25,980 nt of DNA from a virus. Lineage: Duplodnaviria > Caudoviricetes. This document shows positions 24,839 through 25,980 of the stretch, one piece after another (positions within the stretch are counted from its first letter, which is position 1; each line of letters opens with the position of its first letter). A program made the position numbers and the translations under genes. The notes under the pieces are model-generated. The model saw only the letters and a list, made by a program, of their open reading frames with translations. It did no database searches and was not told where the DNA came from. The stretch lies in IMG/VR virus record IMGVR_UViG_3300050154_000099, positions 1-25,980 of that record, one strand, 5' to 3'.

Positions 24839-25033
24839 TCATGCTGGCACCTCCCCGCCGAAATACTTCATGGGCAGGGGCTTCAAGTCCTCGGGGAACA
24901 CGATGTGCGAAGATCCAAGCCACTCACCCTCAATTTCACGCACGCGCCAGCAGCCCATGACGCCATGGGGCTCGATTGCAATGACGGGGTTGTCTACCGT
25001 CCAAATCTTGTACTTGTGGCCGGGCTGGATCAC
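24839..25033 (-). CDS. Hypothetical protein (64 aa)
   Basis: GTGA overlap with the upstream gene, GGAAGAGG RBS. Confidence 0.65.
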   Translation of the reverse strand: MIQPGHKYKIWTVDNPVIAIEPHGVMGCWRVREIEGEWLGSSHIVFPEDLKPLPMKYFGGEVPA

Positions 25034-25563
25034 GCTCCCACCTCTTCCAAAGTTGCCACCCGGCCATTGACAGCGCAGTGCTTCATGTAGGGAAGTCGGA
25101 TCTTGGTATGGAACAAATCGGCCTTTCGCTCGTCGTTGTCTATCTCAGCGCGGCTGCTCTCGCAGTCACACAGCACCTTGACGCAGTGCGCGGCGTACTT
25201 CTCCACGTCTTTGCCGAAGTCCTTGGCGGGCGTCACATCACCCCAGCCCGTGCCGTCGCCGCCCATGGCTTTGTCATAGACGCGCCTGATCCAGTGCTGG
25301 AACTCGATTTCTTGGCAGCGTCGGGCAAGCCAAATGGAGCAAAAGCCGCCCTTGAGCTTTTCGGCTTTCTCAGGCTTTTGAACCGGCTGCTCATCGTCGC
25401 CAATCTCGACAAGCGCGAGCATGTACCGCTTGCCGTCCATGCCTTGAACCTTGCTCAACTCATCCGAGTCAGGCAAGGCCAGCGTGATCGTCGTCCCGGT
25501 CTTGCTGCTGTAGCTGCTGCGAACGAATCGCACCTCGCTGTGATAGGTCGCCTGGATACTCAT
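25030..25563 (-). CDS. Conserved phage nin-region hypothetical protein (about 177 aa)
   Basis: GKRYM..LVEIGDDEQPV, KGG, C...SRAEID.D...A..FH..IR.PY motifs; ATGA overlap. Confidence 0.8.
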   Translation of the reverse strand: MSIQATYHSEVRFVRSSYSSKTGTTITLALPDSDELSKVQGMDGKRYMLALVEIGDDEQPVQKPEKAEKLKGGFCSIWLARRCQEIEFQHWIRRVYDKAMGGDGTGWGDVTPAKDFGKDVEKYAAHCVKVLCDCESSRAEIDNDERKADLFHTKIRLPYMKHCAVNGRVATLEEVGA

Positions 25564-25817
25564 GTCTTCCTCCCCTTCTCCCACCATTCGCCATACTCTT
25601 TGCGCAGGCGGTCGGCTGCCTCCTTGCCTTCCTTGCGCTGGACGATTGACAGGTATTCCTTGCGGTCAGATGAGCCGGGGATGCCCTTGAGGTTCATCAG
25701 GTGCGCGTGATGGATCGAATCAGGGTGAAACTCGTTGAACTTGCGCAGGCACTCGGCTTTCCACTCCGGGCTGCTCGTGTCAACGATAGTGCCGTCGCTC
25801 AGGGTTGCGGTGGTCAT
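25560..25817 (-). CDS. Conserved phage hypothetical protein (85 aa)
   Basis: S.EW..EC...R..YL..V....G..AA..L pattern. Confidence 0.75.
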   Translation of the reverse strand: MTTATLSDGTIVDTSSPEWKAECLRKFNEFHPDSIHHAHLMNLKGIPGSSDRKEYLSIVQRKEGKEAADRLRKEYGEWWEKGRKT

Positions 25818-25825
25818 GCGGCCCC

Positions 25826-25980
25826 TTAGTTCATGGTGTGGCGCACAACCCCAGCGACCGGATCGCTTTCGACCGTGCCGGACTTGATCTGTTTCACGCC
25901 CTGAACAGGGATGAAATCGGTCGTATTGCGCTCGGTTTGGCGCATGAACTCCAATTCAACCTTGGCGGTATTGATGATGG
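25826..25980 (-). CDS. Phage hypothetical protein, 3' part (5' end outside window)
   Basis: ...IINTAKVELEFMRQTERNTTDFIP...GVVRHTMN*. Confidence 0.65.
   Translation of the reverse strand, partial: IINTAKVELEFMRQTERNTTDFIPVQGVKQIKSGTVESDPVAGVVRHTMN

Larger units (their letters stand above)
1..25980. mobile_element. Temperate P22-like podovirus genome segment (integration, accessory, lysis, virion, packaging and nin modules)
   Basis: The gene order terS-terL-portal-scaffold-coat-tail machine-ejection-fibre, plus lysis genes, NinG, integrase and att site; no host housekeeping genes are present. Confidence 0.96.

Noticed and set aside
1471-25851. 14-bp inverted match GGGTTGTGCGCCAC (1471-1484 and 25838-25851)
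   Set aside because: A match of this length is expected by chance in 26 kb; both copies lie in ORFs encoding VVRH.

Overview
About 26 kb of a temperate, P22-like (short-tailed) phage genome, GC-rich and probably infecting a Betaproteobacterium (host is inferred). Left to right: the 3' end of an AlpA/excisionase-like gene, a convergent tyrosine integrase, and a tRNA-3'-end att core with arm-type repeats on both sides. This looks like an intact attP, so the sequence is probably a free or excised genome. A + strand accessory operon of small genes and a structured intergenic region follow. The long minus-strand block then reads, in transcription order: nin-region genes, NinG/Rap, TerS, TerL, portal, an inserted beta-helix spike gene, scaffold, P22-type coat, tail machine, three ejection proteins, tail fibre, a PagP-like barrel, two holin candidates, an M15 endolysin and Rz/Rz1 spanins. 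Most notable: (i) a conserved AACGCCGAGA(Y)GGCGCCG hairpin just upstream of the portal, coat and tail-fibre starts; (ii) three self-contained promoter-bearing cassettes, two with operator repeats and a distal RHH-like gene (acr-aca-like layout) and one bounded by an exact 18-bp direct repeat; (iii) a candidate ncRNA; (iv) a mini-protein carrying coat-protein motifs in permuted order; (v) an unannotated antisense membrane protein at the P22 sieA-equivalent position. All product calls come from motif recognition and synteny; no database searches were run.
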